64,000 nt of DNA from Octopus vulgaris (lineage: Eukaryota). Of this stretch, positions 1-14,100 are shown piece by piece; the stretch's first letter is position 1; every line of letters begins with the position of its first letter. Where the stretch lies: contig OX597826.1 in the NCBI GenBank assembly GCA_951406725.2, forward strand, positions 38,502,001 to 38,566,000, read 5' to 3'. A program made the translations under genes and the position numbers. Below the pieces are notes generated by a model that did no database searches, was not told the DNA's origin, and was given only the letters and a program-made list of their open reading frames with translations.

Positions 1-992
1 CAATTTTTGCAACAGAATGCCTTATATAGATTTTTGTTTATTCCATATCAGACCATGCTTTCCCTGACAGATAGGCCTCTTGGTCAGGACAGATTTGTGC
101 AATTTTTCGTGAAAAAACTTTGTTGAGGATTTTTGAATTATTTACATGTCAGCTTGACTTTTTCGTATGACTTTATTCATTAAAACTTCAGAAGTTTTTA
201 CATCTTTGGTTTGTCGTAATGCTTTGCTTTCATTTGTTTAATTAAAAAATTCCTCCTTGTAATGATTTTGCTTTCATTTTGTGATAGCTATCATGCAGAA
301 AATGCAAGCTTCCAAATCCTGTTTTCAAATTAGGTAAAATTGATTAAACTTTTCTGAAATTTTTCTGGAACAAATAAATAACAAAATCGGATTTAATGTG
401 GAGAATTATTTCAATATACCAAATTTGAAAATTTTGATATAATTTTAAAATTTCACAATATGTGACAGCAACAGAGAAGACCCTACAAAAGTAGGGAGAC
501 AGACAATTATAGGGCATGACATACACACACACATTTACAAATGAACACACAGGGAATCACAAGTTTAAAATGGTGTATAGTAGACATAGATATATATGTG
601 TGTGTGTGTTTGTCTATGTTTCTTTGTGATGGACAGCAGAAGAGCCACTTACCCCCTCTCTCAAAGCTACATATTCCTCATACCTCTCTTTCCCTTCCTT
701 GTCATTTTAAAAGTTAGTGTGTATGCATGGATCTATGTATTTACAAAAGTATGTATGTAGCATTGCATGTATATCCATGAACAACAGCTGCATTAATGTT
801 ATCATCCCACTGCCACTCCATATATGTTGCTTACACAATGCTGTTCTCCCCTACCCTGATATCAGCAACACTCACTATGCCACCACATTTCCCTCAGACT
901 AACACTCTTGCACTCTGCGGATCCTCTGATACCCAAGAGACCATTAATGTTCCACTTAAACTACTGCAAGTTGATAACTGCAGGGAAAACAT

Positions 993-1358
993 AAGTGTGG
1001 CTATGTGGTAAGAAGTTTGCTTCCCAATCATATGGTTCCAGGTTCAGTCCCACTGCGTGGCACCTTGACCATGTGTCTTTTGGCCAGTTAAAGCCTTGTG
1101 AATGGATCTGGTAGATGGAAACTGAAAGAAGCCTGTCGTATATAGATCTCTGTGTATGTTTTTGTGTCTGTGTTTGTCTGTCACTTGACAACTGGTGTTG
1201 GTGTGTTTACAACCCCATGACTTTGTGGTTTTGCAAAAGAGACTGATGGAATAGGTACTATGTTTTAAAATAAAAGTACTGGGGCTGATTGGATCAAGTA
1301 AAAGATTCTTCATGGTTGTACCCCAGCATGGCCACAGTCTAATGACTGAAACAGATAG
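993..1358 (+). mobile_element. SINE family A (tRNA-like head, internal TG/TA microsatellite, TGACTGAAAC tail)
   Basis: Head GTGGCTxTGTGGTAAG...GGTTCAGTCCCA with A/B-box-like motifs; the same sequence recurs many times in the window. Confidence 0.8.
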
Positions 1359-1834
1359 CTGTATTGTGACAATTCTAGATGGCAATATTGAGGTGAAAAG
1401 AATGAGGAGAGTGCAGCCAGGTGGGGTGGGGTGGGGGATTGACAAAGTATGAGTGATGAAAGGAGGAGAGACGAGAAAGGAGTGCCCAAATGGAGGTAGC
1501 AGAGGGACAGCCAGCTTTGAGGAGCAGAGGCCATTATAGTAGTGCTAGGAATGGCAGAGGGAGAGGACACAGCACATCTATAAGCCAGAATGATATCATA
1601 CTAATCAATTTTTGTGGTATTTCCTTACAGATGTGGGAGCAGCATTCACCACTGTGGGTTCCAGTTTTGTATGTTGAAATTTGTGCTAAAATTCTTTCAC
1701 CTCTTCACCATTCTTACAATGTCTAACAATTACCATTGTCTCTGCAGATTTAACAAATCTTATTTCTCTTTCTTTCAGTGATCACCTCCATATTACTCTA
1801 GTCTGGACCATTCCTGATAAACAATTTACCAATC

Positions 1835-2171
1835 ATGGATGAATCAATTTATGATGTGTTTGTTGTTAATGTTCAAAAAACAGTTGAAGAATGCATTGCC
1901 CTAGCTTGTACTCCTTCCATGAATTCCCTCTACACCCTCAAATCAAACATTGAAAATGCTACCAGTTCTTGGCTGTCGGATTTCTTAGAAAATGGTGGCC
2001 TCACCTGTCTTCTGGATAGTCTCTGTGCGATGACCATTCAGGGCCCTTCTAACTTTTCTGATGCCATATTACAGTTTGATTGCCTTAACTGTATTACTAC
2101 AGTATTGAGCACCGATGTTGGCATGATGCATATATTGGAACTTCCAAATGGCCTGAAAAAACTGACCTCAG
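1835..2171 (+). CDS. Formin coding exon 1 (DID N-terminus)
   Basis: ATG 1835 with an in-frame upstream TAG at 1799; acceptor ttcag ending 1778 implies an upstream UTR exon; SSWLSDFLENGGLTCLLDSL; donor G|gtttgt. Confidence 0.85.
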
Positions 2172-5100
2172 GTTTGTCTTTATTGGAATCTTTTTTTTCT
2201 TTCTTATTTTTGTTTTATCATTTTTCTTTGTTAAAGAAGGAGGGAGGAGCAATGGTTACAATTAAAATGATCAGCCAATACATCTGTAGAACAGGGCTTG
2301 GCATAATAATGTAAGTTGGTGGTAACCAAAGATGTATTTCAAATCCTTACAGAGGGAAATCTTCTGACGAAAGGGGAAATTTAATTCCAAAAACAATTAA
2401 GACTGAATCTCAAATACACCCATACAAAGCAATCATGTGTATATTTGCCTTTATATTTACACATGCACACTTACACATATACATACACAAAGTATCTTAT
2501 AGTGATGGAGCACTTTTAATTTGTAATTTAAAGATTGTGGCTATTCACTCTCGCCATTGTTGCAATCCTAGTTATTTGCACCCAAAATGTGTCCCATTAT
2601 TATGAAACACCCAGTTTGTTTCTATGTGTCTGATTCTTTCTCTCACTGTATATTTATAGATAACGATTCAGTCCTTAATTCAGTAGGTCCTTTAACACTA
2701 CAAAAAGCTCTTCCAGTTAATAATTAACAAATAAATTACATTTTGTCAATGTAATCAGCATGGACGTTAAATGGTGATGATGATGATGATGATATATATT
2801 TTAAATGTTAGACAAAGAAAGGAAAAATAGATGAAAACCTGGCAGAAACATAACGGACAGAAAAGGAAGACAAAATCACGATACAAGGAACATTCACAGC
2901 TGATTTTCTCATCAGTTTCCGAGACGTTTTAGTGGTTTCATGCTAGCATCTGCTTTCCTTGCTGGTATGGGTTGGATGGTTTGACTGAAAAGCTGGAGAG
3001 CTGTACCAGGTTCCAATCTGGTTTAGCATGATTTCTACGGCTGGATGCCCTTCCTAACACCAACCACACAATTAAGATTGTTCAATAATTAAGGAGACTT
3101 ACATAAATTGTCAAAGCAAGTCTTTTTTTTAAATAGTTTATAGATTTGAAAAGCAGTTTTTCTTACAGTTTTATATTTAAGAGATGAGGAATTATTTACA
3201 TCATTTACATTTGATGGAAATCTACTGAAACAACAAACAAGACGAGGACAAATATCTGTCAAATGCAAATAATATGCAGTTTTTCTTATTTCAAAGTTTA
3301 TCATGTTTTGTGAAAATATAATGATTAAAATATCTTGTTTTCTTTTTGTTGCAGCTTTAAACACAAACCACAGCATGACGAAGAAAGAATTATTTGAAAT
3401 CTTATCTGTTCTCTGTATGTTCAGTCCACAGAGTTATTATGGTGTTCTAGAAGCTTTGAATTACTACAAAGTAAGGTTTTCTCTGTTTCTGCTTCATTGA
3501 AGAACGGACCTAGATCAGAATGAATGTTATGCTTAGAAATTAGGTGTTCAATTAAGGATTTAGATTACTATGAATATTATGACTAAAGATTTAGATGAGA
3601 ATAAATTTTAGACATTAGGCTTACATGAAAATATATTAAATATAAAAACTCTGATAACTTAAATCGAATGACAGTGAAGCTGATGATTAAGATGAGGATA
3701 AATGTTAGATTTACTACTTGAAGAAGAACTAAATTAGCACATCTTTCATCATGAACTAACATGTAGCTTATGAATTAAAATATATTGTGTCATAAATTAA
3801 CAGATGTTTTGCCATAAGTGAATGTGTATTTTGTCATAAATGAACATGTATTTTGTTATACATTTCAGAAAGAGACTGATCAAGCTCACCGTTTTAGTAT
3901 TTTAGTCACAGAAATAACTCAAACCGAGACAGTTGCTTACAAATGTACAATCCTGACTGCCATTAATTGTATAATTAATGGTAATTTAAGTTTGCAAGGA
4001 AGGAACAAGATCCGTAATGAGTTTATTAGTAAGTTCAATTAAATATTTACATCATTCAAGAACTTTATTCTTTATCCAGCACCTTCCATTTGTTTCTTTC
4101 TGTTAACATGTCTTTGATATAAATTATTGTTTGGGCTTTGAGGTTTGAATTTTTATTTTATTTTGAAAGACTTTGTCATCAGGTGGTTTTTAAATTTGGA
4201 ATCTAAATTTTACTGCTGGTCAAGGGTGGGGGGTGTTCCTTACTTCTAATGAACGGACTTCATCTAGAGGTTATATAACAGTAGTTTGAGTATAGTATTG
4301 AGAAGGGAAATTGTTGCAGATGTTTGAATATGTGACAACAGAATAAAGACCCCTAAAGTTGATTGTGCAACAGATCCAAATAAAACTAATGATGACAAAC
4401 AGGTGGACACTATGAAGGGTGGAATAACCCTAACATTTCACATGCACATATTGGTTTGATTTTGGCCAACTTCCACACAAATCAGGGATTGTCCTGATTG
4501 CTAATTTCTACATTGGAGTGTGAAGATTTCAGCTGAGCTCAGAATGTTTGGAAGTATTCACCACTGTGGAAACAAAAGCAAACTGAAACAGTGGTGTCTT
4601 AGAATTTGCTGAAGATGACATTCTGAGTGAACTTTGGTTTTTTTTTTTTTTTTAATGCACAAAATCTCTCTTAGAACAAGTTTCTCTGAGACCAAGTATT
4701 ATTACACAGCTAGCACCAGTCTACATTTGTATATACATTATAGATATTATATACATAGTTATTTTAATGGAATCATGTTTCAGATGTTCATACTGATTTA
4801 AGCACTATGATATAATTCCATATTTATTTAGGTCTTGGACTTTTGGATTGTCTCTGTGTTCTACATGCTGAAGAATTTGATAAAGACTTTCAAATTCAAA
4901 TAGAGGTAAAATATTTCTCATTTTTTACATTTTCAAGACCATTAGTTTATGAAATTTGAAGCCATTTTTGTATTCTTGTGTAAATTGTTGCATCTGGTGT
5001 GTGTGTGTGTGGGGGGGGGGTATTGGGTGTTTGTGTGTGTGTGTATACACGTTGTTGTTGTTTAACTCCAGGTCATTCCTGATCCAGCGGATCTATAATC

Positions 5101-8100
5101 AGAAGTGTTCAGGCTGTGACCATGCTACCAGGGATTACATTTTCCAACATGTCTTTCAATTTCTTAATATGAGTGGGTGATTTGAGAGTTGGCTGTTATT
5201 TCTTAATATGAGTGGGTGATTTGAGAGTTGGCTGTTATTTCATTGAGGCTCCTTTGTCAGTTTGTTGTTTTTAAATTTTCTTGTATGAGGGGATAGTGGT
5301 TAAAATAGGTACCAGGTGTGTACAGGTGTTAATTAGAATGGTTTCCTCTTTCTCCTCTATCAGTTTGTGACACTTGCCTAGCAATAATATCTTCAGTGTG
5401 AAGGCACATGGTTCAGTGGTTAGAGGTAGTGGGTTCAATTCCTAGACTGAGCTGTGTTTGTTCTTGAGCGAGACATTTTAATTTCACGTTGCTCCAGTTC
5501 ACTCAGCTGTAGAAATGAGTTGTGACATCGCTGGTGCCAAATTGTATCAGCCTTTGCCTTTCCCTTGGATAACATCGGTGGCATGGAGAGGGGAGCTGTT
5601 ATGCAGGGATGACTGCTGGTCTTCCATAAACAACCTTGCCTGGACTTGTGCTTTGGAGGGTAACTTTCTAGGGGCAATCTCGTGGTCATTCATGACTGAA
5701 GGGGGGGTCCTTTAATATCTTCAGTATAGAACCATAAATTAATAAAAGTGAGCAATAACCTGTTTCAGATTTGGTATATTATTTTTATTAAGTGCAGTGG
5801 ATTGGCAGGATTGTTACAGCATCAAATTTGTAGCATTTAGCTGGAGTTCTTTACATTCTGAGTTCATATCTTGCCAAGGTTAAGCTTGCCTTTCATTCTT
5901 TTAGGATTGATAAAATTTGTGGCCTTGTGCCTTTGTTAGAAATTATTATTATTAGTTAGTTCACCTGAGTGGAATTTGAACACAGATGAAAATAGTGTAA
6001 TACTGATCAAATAGTCTTGAAGATAGGTAACTCTTACCTGCTCCAGTTTTACCTACCATACTTGAGTATTTACTGCAAGAAAGAATAAGACCCAGGTATA
6101 AAAACAACTACTCAAATAAACACCATCCATGTTACTTTGGAACTTAAGAATTTTCCATTAGAAACCATGTCAAAGCAGATACAGAACCTAGCATAGCCCT
6201 CTGGCTTATCTGTTCTTGTAGAACCATCCAACCTATGCCAGCATAGGTTGGATGGTTCTATGATGATTAAATGATGATGAAATGAAATCTCTGTTCTTGT
6301 GTCTTTTTATCACAACACAGAATTATCTCTTGATACCAATTTATCATTTATTAAGGTTTCCATACCATATTGATTATTTCTGTTTTCTCTGACTCATTTT
6401 ACAAACGGGAAAGTGTTTGAAAAAAATGATCATAATCTTTTTTTTTTTTTTTAAATATTGGTTTGGGGTTTGACTGAGGCTTCAAATTTTGCCATTACTG
6501 TGTTATTAGTGTTAACATTTTCCCAACTTTAATTTTTTATATCTCACTAGTTTCTTTAGTTACTAACAGAACTATTTTAATTAATTAAATTAGTTTACCT
6601 TTGTCCATCCACTTCAAAGAATGTAGATTAATTAAACTTACTCTTATGGGAAATAAGAATTTCAACAAATGACTAAATTTCTGAAACTTAGTTACTTTAT
6701 GTTCTGCTGCTGAAAGCTTAATCAACACAACCAGAAACTTGTGAAAATTGTTTTAAATTGTATGCAAAATATGTTATAATAGAAATTTCAAGTTTTAACA
6801 GTTTATTTTAAAAAATATTTGTGTTCCAATGTACAATGGTTTAAATAAGGTGTGGAAAGTTATTTTAGTGCTGTAAAAAAAATATTCTTAACTCTTTCTG
6901 TCAGAAATGTTTGTGAAGAGTAAAAGTGTCCAGTCAGGAGAAAGGAAGGCTGTAATGTACCCCACCTCTTTTAGCCAATTCCATTTAGCAGAAATCAGAT
7001 TTAAAATGTGCTAAGAGTGATTATAGTGATGATGTTGAGGTTTTGCCTTTATTCTCCTTGCAGGCATTTTATTCTCAAAAGCACAAAGATGAAGAAGACA
7101 TGCAGACCAAATTTGAGATGGATTACCAAAGTCCTTCTGCATTATTGGATTCTATTATTGAAAAGGTAGTGTGAATTCCTCATATATAAAGCCTGATATC
7201 TCCAGATTCAACAATATCAGAATATATTATCTGTTATATTAAATATTTTTCTTTCAACTTGACTAGATGATATCATGGGTAAATTTCTTTAAAATGGCAA
7301 AATATATGGATTGACTGAGACCATAAAAGAACTGATGAAATTCTGTGGTTAATGGCGGTTTTATGTTCTGGTTCAAAAATTTTACTGAGATCAACTTCCA
7401 GGATTGTTTTAATCAACTACTCCCCCCCCACTACCCCACAATTTGTGGCCCTGTGTCCCTGTTAGAAATTATGATTTAATACTATCATTGTTAATATTGG
7501 TGATTGTGCCAAAGGCACTCTCTAGTGTCATTTGTTTTTCTCATACGAGTATGGATTAGACGAATATATCAAGGAATTGTTTTACAGATGGATGCCCTTC
7601 CAGTCACTTACTCTTGTTTTTTAAGCAAGGGAATTCCTTTACCATGCCCTTGAAGGCACAAAAGTAACGTTACCATTCTCTATATCTGAGTAGTTTTCAA
7701 AGAAGCACAAATGGAAACGCACGCGCGCATACACACTCCCCCCCCACCCTCTCTCTCTCTCTGTTCATTAACTCTTTTAATGTTACTGAAGTAATGAATT
7801 TAGTTTGTTAGCTTCGTTATTGAATGATATATTGAAGAAATTAAATACTTTCTCTGTTTTCTTTTTTCAGACTCTGGGGACACCGAAATATGTCTCGTTT
7901 CTGCACATTTTACAAGATTTACTCTCCCTTGAATACAACAGTGGAAATGAAGAAAAGTAAAGAAAATCTTTTACTTTGTCCCTTGTGTTAACTCAATTAG
8001 ATTGAAGGGCCCAGCCCATTGCTTCCTTCAGGGTCCCTGAGATTGGTGAGAGGAAGGGAGACCTGGTCTGAATTCTTGCTAGAGGTACTAAAGAGTTAGG

Positions 8101-11100
8101 AGATGAAATGAACTCTGCTGGAGGCACCAAAGAATTAGGAAATGGTAATGTTAAACTGGGCTGGAGATTAAGTCTACCGCCAAAGTAAGCCATGACAGAA
8201 TTTGAACTCAGAATGCAGAGAACCAGACTACCACTGTTCTGCATTTATATATTTCGTGTCATTGAAGGGAGATAACCGTAAATCATTTCCCTCCATTTAT
8301 ATAAGATGAGCTGTTGATGGTTTAGAATTATTCCATCTTAAATGTTATTTATTCTCTTGGGTGGCTGTTAGAATTGGTATTGTCTTGGACAAAATATCTT
8401 GAGTATTAGCTAATATCTGTTTACATGATAAAGTTGGTAATATTAGTGACTGTAACCAGTAAAAGAATGGCAATTTTGATAAATATCCACAAAGGACTAC
8501 TTTTGGGTAGAAAGCTCCCACTTTTTCAACTTAGCTCATTTAAAAAAAATCTTTTCTATTATTTTATATTTTCAGCAAGATTTACTTTTTGTTGTTTCCA
8601 TTTCATTCAATCTTTCAATTTAAAAAGTTTCATTTTATTATACCCAGTGTGTGTGTACTATATATATATAGGTGTCATCAGCTAACAGCTATATGAGAAT
8701 GAAGAAAATGTGGGGCAAAGAAAGCAGTGTAAATGACAGTCATGATAAGATAAAAAGAATCATTCAACAGATAAGGGCTGAGATACTTTCCAAAGACCCA
8801 GGTTGGACCAGGGTAGGGAAAGATGCTATCTTATTCAAGAAGGGTGAGTGAACAGAAGAGAAATGCATCATGGTGCAAGGAGAGTGCATCGCAGTGTAAG
8901 ATTACTTGGTCAAACATCTTGCGGGTAGACTAACATCTTACCTGGTTCCTTGTTCAGGCTGTCTATGATTACCATGTCAAACCCAGCTGACTTTCACACA
9001 TGGGGCAAAAGCGATACACCATCCTGCCTGCTCTGCTCTGTTGCTACATGTACCATATGTTAGCATAGATTGTGACATGTGGTGTGGAAAAACAAATGAA
9101 AACAGTGATGAGGAGGAGTAGGAAGAGGAAAGGTAGGACACCATCAACAACAACTACTGGAATCATTAGTATTCGATAGAATGCCTCAAGATATGTTTTA
9201 TGTCTCTGTTCTGAGTTCAAATCCTGCTGAGGTCAACTTTACCTTTCATCCTTGCAGGGTTAAAAAGAAAGTGTCACTCCATCATGATAGATTGGCAGAA
9301 TTGTAAGAACATGGGACTCGATGCTTTGTGGTATTTGTTCCATCTCTTTGTATTCTGAATTCAAATCCCACCATGGCCTGCATCAGTAGTAGACAAACCA
9401 TTGTCAGGTTAACACCATCACCACCAGGCACCTTGGAGGTTCCTTTAGTGGACCCTATTTTGTTGCAAGCATTTGAGGCATGTTTCCAGTTTAAGGATAC
9501 CTCCTTCCCACCCTCCCACCAAAACCAATCCTGGGAACCGTGTAATAGGTCATGGGTATTGCCTTCCCTCCTCACAAAAAATTTTTCTAAATAAATACTT
9601 TAATTTAGTTTCTGTTTTTCTTTAGAAGTTATTTATAGATAAATCTTTTGTTCATTAAAATATCTTTATTTATTAATATTATTTTTTTTATTTTGTTTTC
9701 TTTAGTTCAGAGAAATGGCAGCTGATTGAAAACCTTATTCCCAAAATTCAATCAGGAGAGAAACCAGTCTGGACAGACGGTCAGAAGTGTAAGAAAGTGT
9801 ATGACAAAGATCTTGACATTCTGAAGGAAGATAATTTCATTCATTCTCTTTGTGAAGGAAGCAGTGATAGTCAAGAAGGAAATGCTGCTCCTGTAATTAA
9901 ATATCCATTTGGAACTGAAAAGAATCTATTTGACACTAATTGTGACAAACTTTTACTATGGATGTGTTTCACACCATCAAAGAAACTGAAGAAAATCCAT
10001 TGGTCGAAAATAGCACCCAAAGAAATTGGTACAAAATTATTATTTCTTACTAACTTATCCACCCACCCACCCACCCACTTTCTTCCTGTTTTCTTTCATA
10101 TTCATCTTGCACCTTGGCTTCTCTATGTATTCATTTCTTCAGTAAGACACTTGATCCTGGCCTCTCCATCTTACTTTAGTAATATACTTCACCCAGTTGA
10201 GGGGAGCGGGGTCTTGTGAGTACTTGGTGACATCACCAGTGCTGGTGCCAGTGAAACAAGTACCCAGTACACTCTGTAAAGTGGTTGGCATTACAAGGGG
10301 CATCCAACCATAGAGACCATACCAAAGCAGTCTTTGGGACTTGGTGCAAGCTCTCTTGCTTATTGGTTCCTGTTGAACTGTGCAGTCCATGCCAGTTTGG
10401 AAAAAGGGACGTGAAATGATGATGATGATCATAGTAATTTGTTAGGTCTGTGGTAATTCCATATTCCATGAATGTTCTTATTTCAGTTTTGATGCACAGG
10501 CTTACAGATGTTCAGGACATTATTTCCATTTTGTCAAATATTTCAATTACAGTCTTCAATACTGTTTTATAGTTAAGGTTGTTTGAAGCTTAACATTTGT
10601 ACGCACGTCGTAACAAAGAAATATTTTAGAGACTTTGACTTATGCTTCTTAATGTTTACCTGATAACTTTCTTCCTTTGGTTTTTTTTTTTTTAAATTCT
10701 GTCTTTTGCTTGCCGTTATCATTTAGCTCTTATATGAGCCAAACATCCTGTTTGCTTTCAATAATTTGTCCTATACAAACATTTTCTTACAAATGTAGTT
10801 ACAGCTGACAACTCTGGCTCTCTATTGATAGAGTCCTCTATTGGCCTTGAACTCCTTTTTGTGAAAATTAATGTGTAAGTGGCTGAGTATTCCACAGATG
10901 TTCGTCTGAGACTTAGTCAGCACAACACAATTTTGACATGGTTGGACCTTTGAATTACATGTGGAGGAGAGAGAGAGAGAGAGAGAATTGGTTTTGGTGG
11001 TAGTGAGGGGCCAAGTCAATCTTGGTGGGGTTTTGAACTCAGATTGCTGGGTACCAAAATGAATACCACAAAGTAATCCAATGATTGTTGCCAGTTTGTT

Positions 11101-14100
11101 ACTTTAACTCTTTAGCATTTAGAACCAGCGAAAATATTCTGTCCCTTTTGTATTCAAGCTGGTTATATCCAGCTTTTCATACCTACCCTACAATGTCATT
11201 CTAAAAATAAACACAGTCACATCATTGAAAACTTGAAGCTACAAGCTAAAACACAATTAACTCTAAACAATGTGACTAAATAAGCATAACCATTTAACAG
11301 TAATCTGGGTGCTGAAAGGGTTAGTGACTGGCCAGATAGCAAGGGGATTGTATACATTCTGTCATACATCTCTGTGTCCATGACAACATCTTCCCATTAT
11401 AAGTCTCTGTTTTCACTGATTTCCTATGAAATCCACCACCACCCATCTCTCGTATAACTGCCTGTAACAACTGGGCATGTGAGCTTTGGTTCATAAACCA
11501 GCAGAGAAAGATTAGATTTTCATATAACATAGTATATGACTTGGCAGTTGGCACGGCTGTGTCAAGCCTTTGGCTTTAAATGGCGGGATTCAAGTGTGAA
11601 ACACTGTACAACCAAAATGATGCTTCAGTTTGTCGTGTCTGTCTACGTACTAAATTTCTGATAAACTAAAGAATTCCATCAAGATTTAGACAGTTATTTA
11701 AATTTTTAAAATTATCATCATCATCATCATCATCATTTAATGTCCGTTGTCCATGTTGGTATGGATTTGATAGTTTGACCAGGACTGGTAAACTGAAGGT
11801 CTGCACCAGACTCCAGTCTGATTTCGCATGGTTTCTAGGGCTGGATGCCCTTCCTATGGTTTATACAAATATTATAATTTATTATTGATCTTTTTTTTTA
11901 TTTTTTTTTTACAGAGAGATCAGATAATTGTATCTGGAGATCCAGTAATGACTTTCTACCAATTATACCAAATTTTAGTAAAATGGAAGAATTGTTTTAT
12001 TCTAATATTCCTGTTGAAAATACCCATGTAAGTAAGACTAAACTAAATCTCTCTATTATGTTATAAAGTGCAGGTGAATCTGTGAGGTTTAGAAGTTTTG
12101 CAACGACATTGTTCTCTCTTTGATCTCACTGTCTGGTATTTGGTGCCAGTGTTGCCTCTCATAATGGTATGCTGATTAATACCATACATGTAGAGTTTGC
12201 TGTGGATGTCTGTCATGTATGCACGTGTGTGTTAGTGTGTAGTTGTGTGTTTACATTTTGCTGATGCACATCTATAAAGATTGGTACATTTGAAATAAAG
12301 TCCATTGTGATATTTGTTCTGTGCCAACTTACAGATACTTCCCTTGTCATTCTTATCATCAGAAATACACTAAGCCAGTGATTGATCCATTAGAAACTAA
12401 TAATTAATCACACACTTGTTCACCAATTGTTATTTAATAACCCATTCTTTTATCTTGTACACTGGCATTGTGTTTAAATTTATTGGGTACATTGCTGTAC
12501 TCAAGAAGACATGCCCACCACAACAGAATTGATATAACCAATGTGTCACTTGAAAAACATTGGTGATGGTGCCATATAAAAAGCGCTAGTGATGGTGCCT
12601 TGTAAAAAGCACCCAGTACACTTTGTAAAGTGGTTGGCATTAGGAAGGGTATCCAACTTTAGAAACCAACCCAAAACAGTCAATGGGACCTGATGCGGCT
12701 CCTGGCCTTGCTGGCTCCTGTCAAAATATCCAACCCATGCCAGCTTGGAAAACGGATGTTAAATGATGACGATGACAATATCAGACATAATCAATAAAAA
12801 TCAAAGATTTCTGGAGTTCTTTAATGTATCCTCTTGAGTTACACAATTTGTTTTTGTTGTTAAATGTTTCCATTTCTCTCTTCATTTCTTCCTTGATAAA
12901 TCTTCTACGAGGCAGCTGGTCGGAATGCAGACTTTGATGAATGTCACATTGTTTCTTACACGGAGTGAATATGATGCTGAGGATTTAGTCAGTGCTTTAC
13001 AAGAGAACAATGTTGCTAGCATACCTCAGGACACTCTCTCGAGTCTTATCAAGATTCTCCCAACTAAAGAAGAAGTGAGTATGAAATAACCTATTCTTTC
13101 AATTAAAACTTTAGAGAAAACTTATGGTTAACTTCCTAATTCTTCTAGCAACAGCATCGGCTCTCAGATATTTTTTGCTTTTAGAATCCCACGTCTTGTG
13201 CTTAATGGGTTATTTTACTCTATTAAAATAATTATTTAGAATAATTGTAAGCATCATCATCATCATCATCGTTTAACGTCTGGAGATATATATTTTATAT
13301 CGTAGTTGGTTGTGGGTTCAGTCCCACTGCATGGCACATTGAGCAAGTGCCTTCTATCATAGCCCTGGGCGAACCAAAGCCTTGTAAGTGGATTTGGTAG
13401 ACAGAAACTGAAAGATGCTTGATGTAGATGTGTGCGTGCATGTGTGTGACTCCTTGTCTTGGCATATGATGATGATCATCATCATCATTTCCGTCCGTTT
13501 TCCATGCTAGCATGGGTTGGACGGTTTTGACTGAGGGCTGGCAACCAGATGGCTGCACCAGGCTCCAGTCTTGATCTGGCAGAGTTTCTACAGCTGGATG
13601 CCTTTCCTAATGCCAATCACTCCGAGAATGTAGTGGGTGCTTTTTACGTGCCACCTGCACCAATTGTTATTCTTATCCAATATCCTGTCAAACATGTCTA
13701 TCTTTGAGGAAATATAACTTTGCTGGTAAACAGGTGAGGTTTGGTGACCGGAAGGGCATCCCAGCTGTAGAAAATCTGCCTCAGTCAACTCTGTCCTACC
13801 CATGCAAGCATGGAAAAGTGAACTTTAAAATGAAGAGGATGATTATATTCTATGTCATATGTCAGCCTAAGTCAGTTTTTCCCTCTTACTGTCCCCTTAA
13901 TAAACACATCAGTGCCATGTAAAAAGCACCCATGCTGATGCCACATAAAAAGCATCCAGTACATTCGGTAGAGTGGTTGGCGTTAGGAAGAGGGCATATA
14001 GGTGTAGTAACTATGCCAAAACAGACGACTGGAGCGTGGTGCATCTCTCTGGCTTTCCAGTTCCTGTCAAACTGTCCAACTCCTGTTAATATGGAAAATG

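Noticed and set aside
993-1070. tRNA-like sequences (also 5400, 41195, 61840-61900)
   Set aside because: These are SINE heads continuing into repeat bodies; no full cloverleaf could be drawn.
2360-2405. CTGACGA...AAAC hammerhead-like strings (also ~33997-34050 and minus strand ~38260-38295)
   Set aside because: GAAA or the stems are missing or too degraded; possibly old PLE ends, but not supportable as ribozymes.
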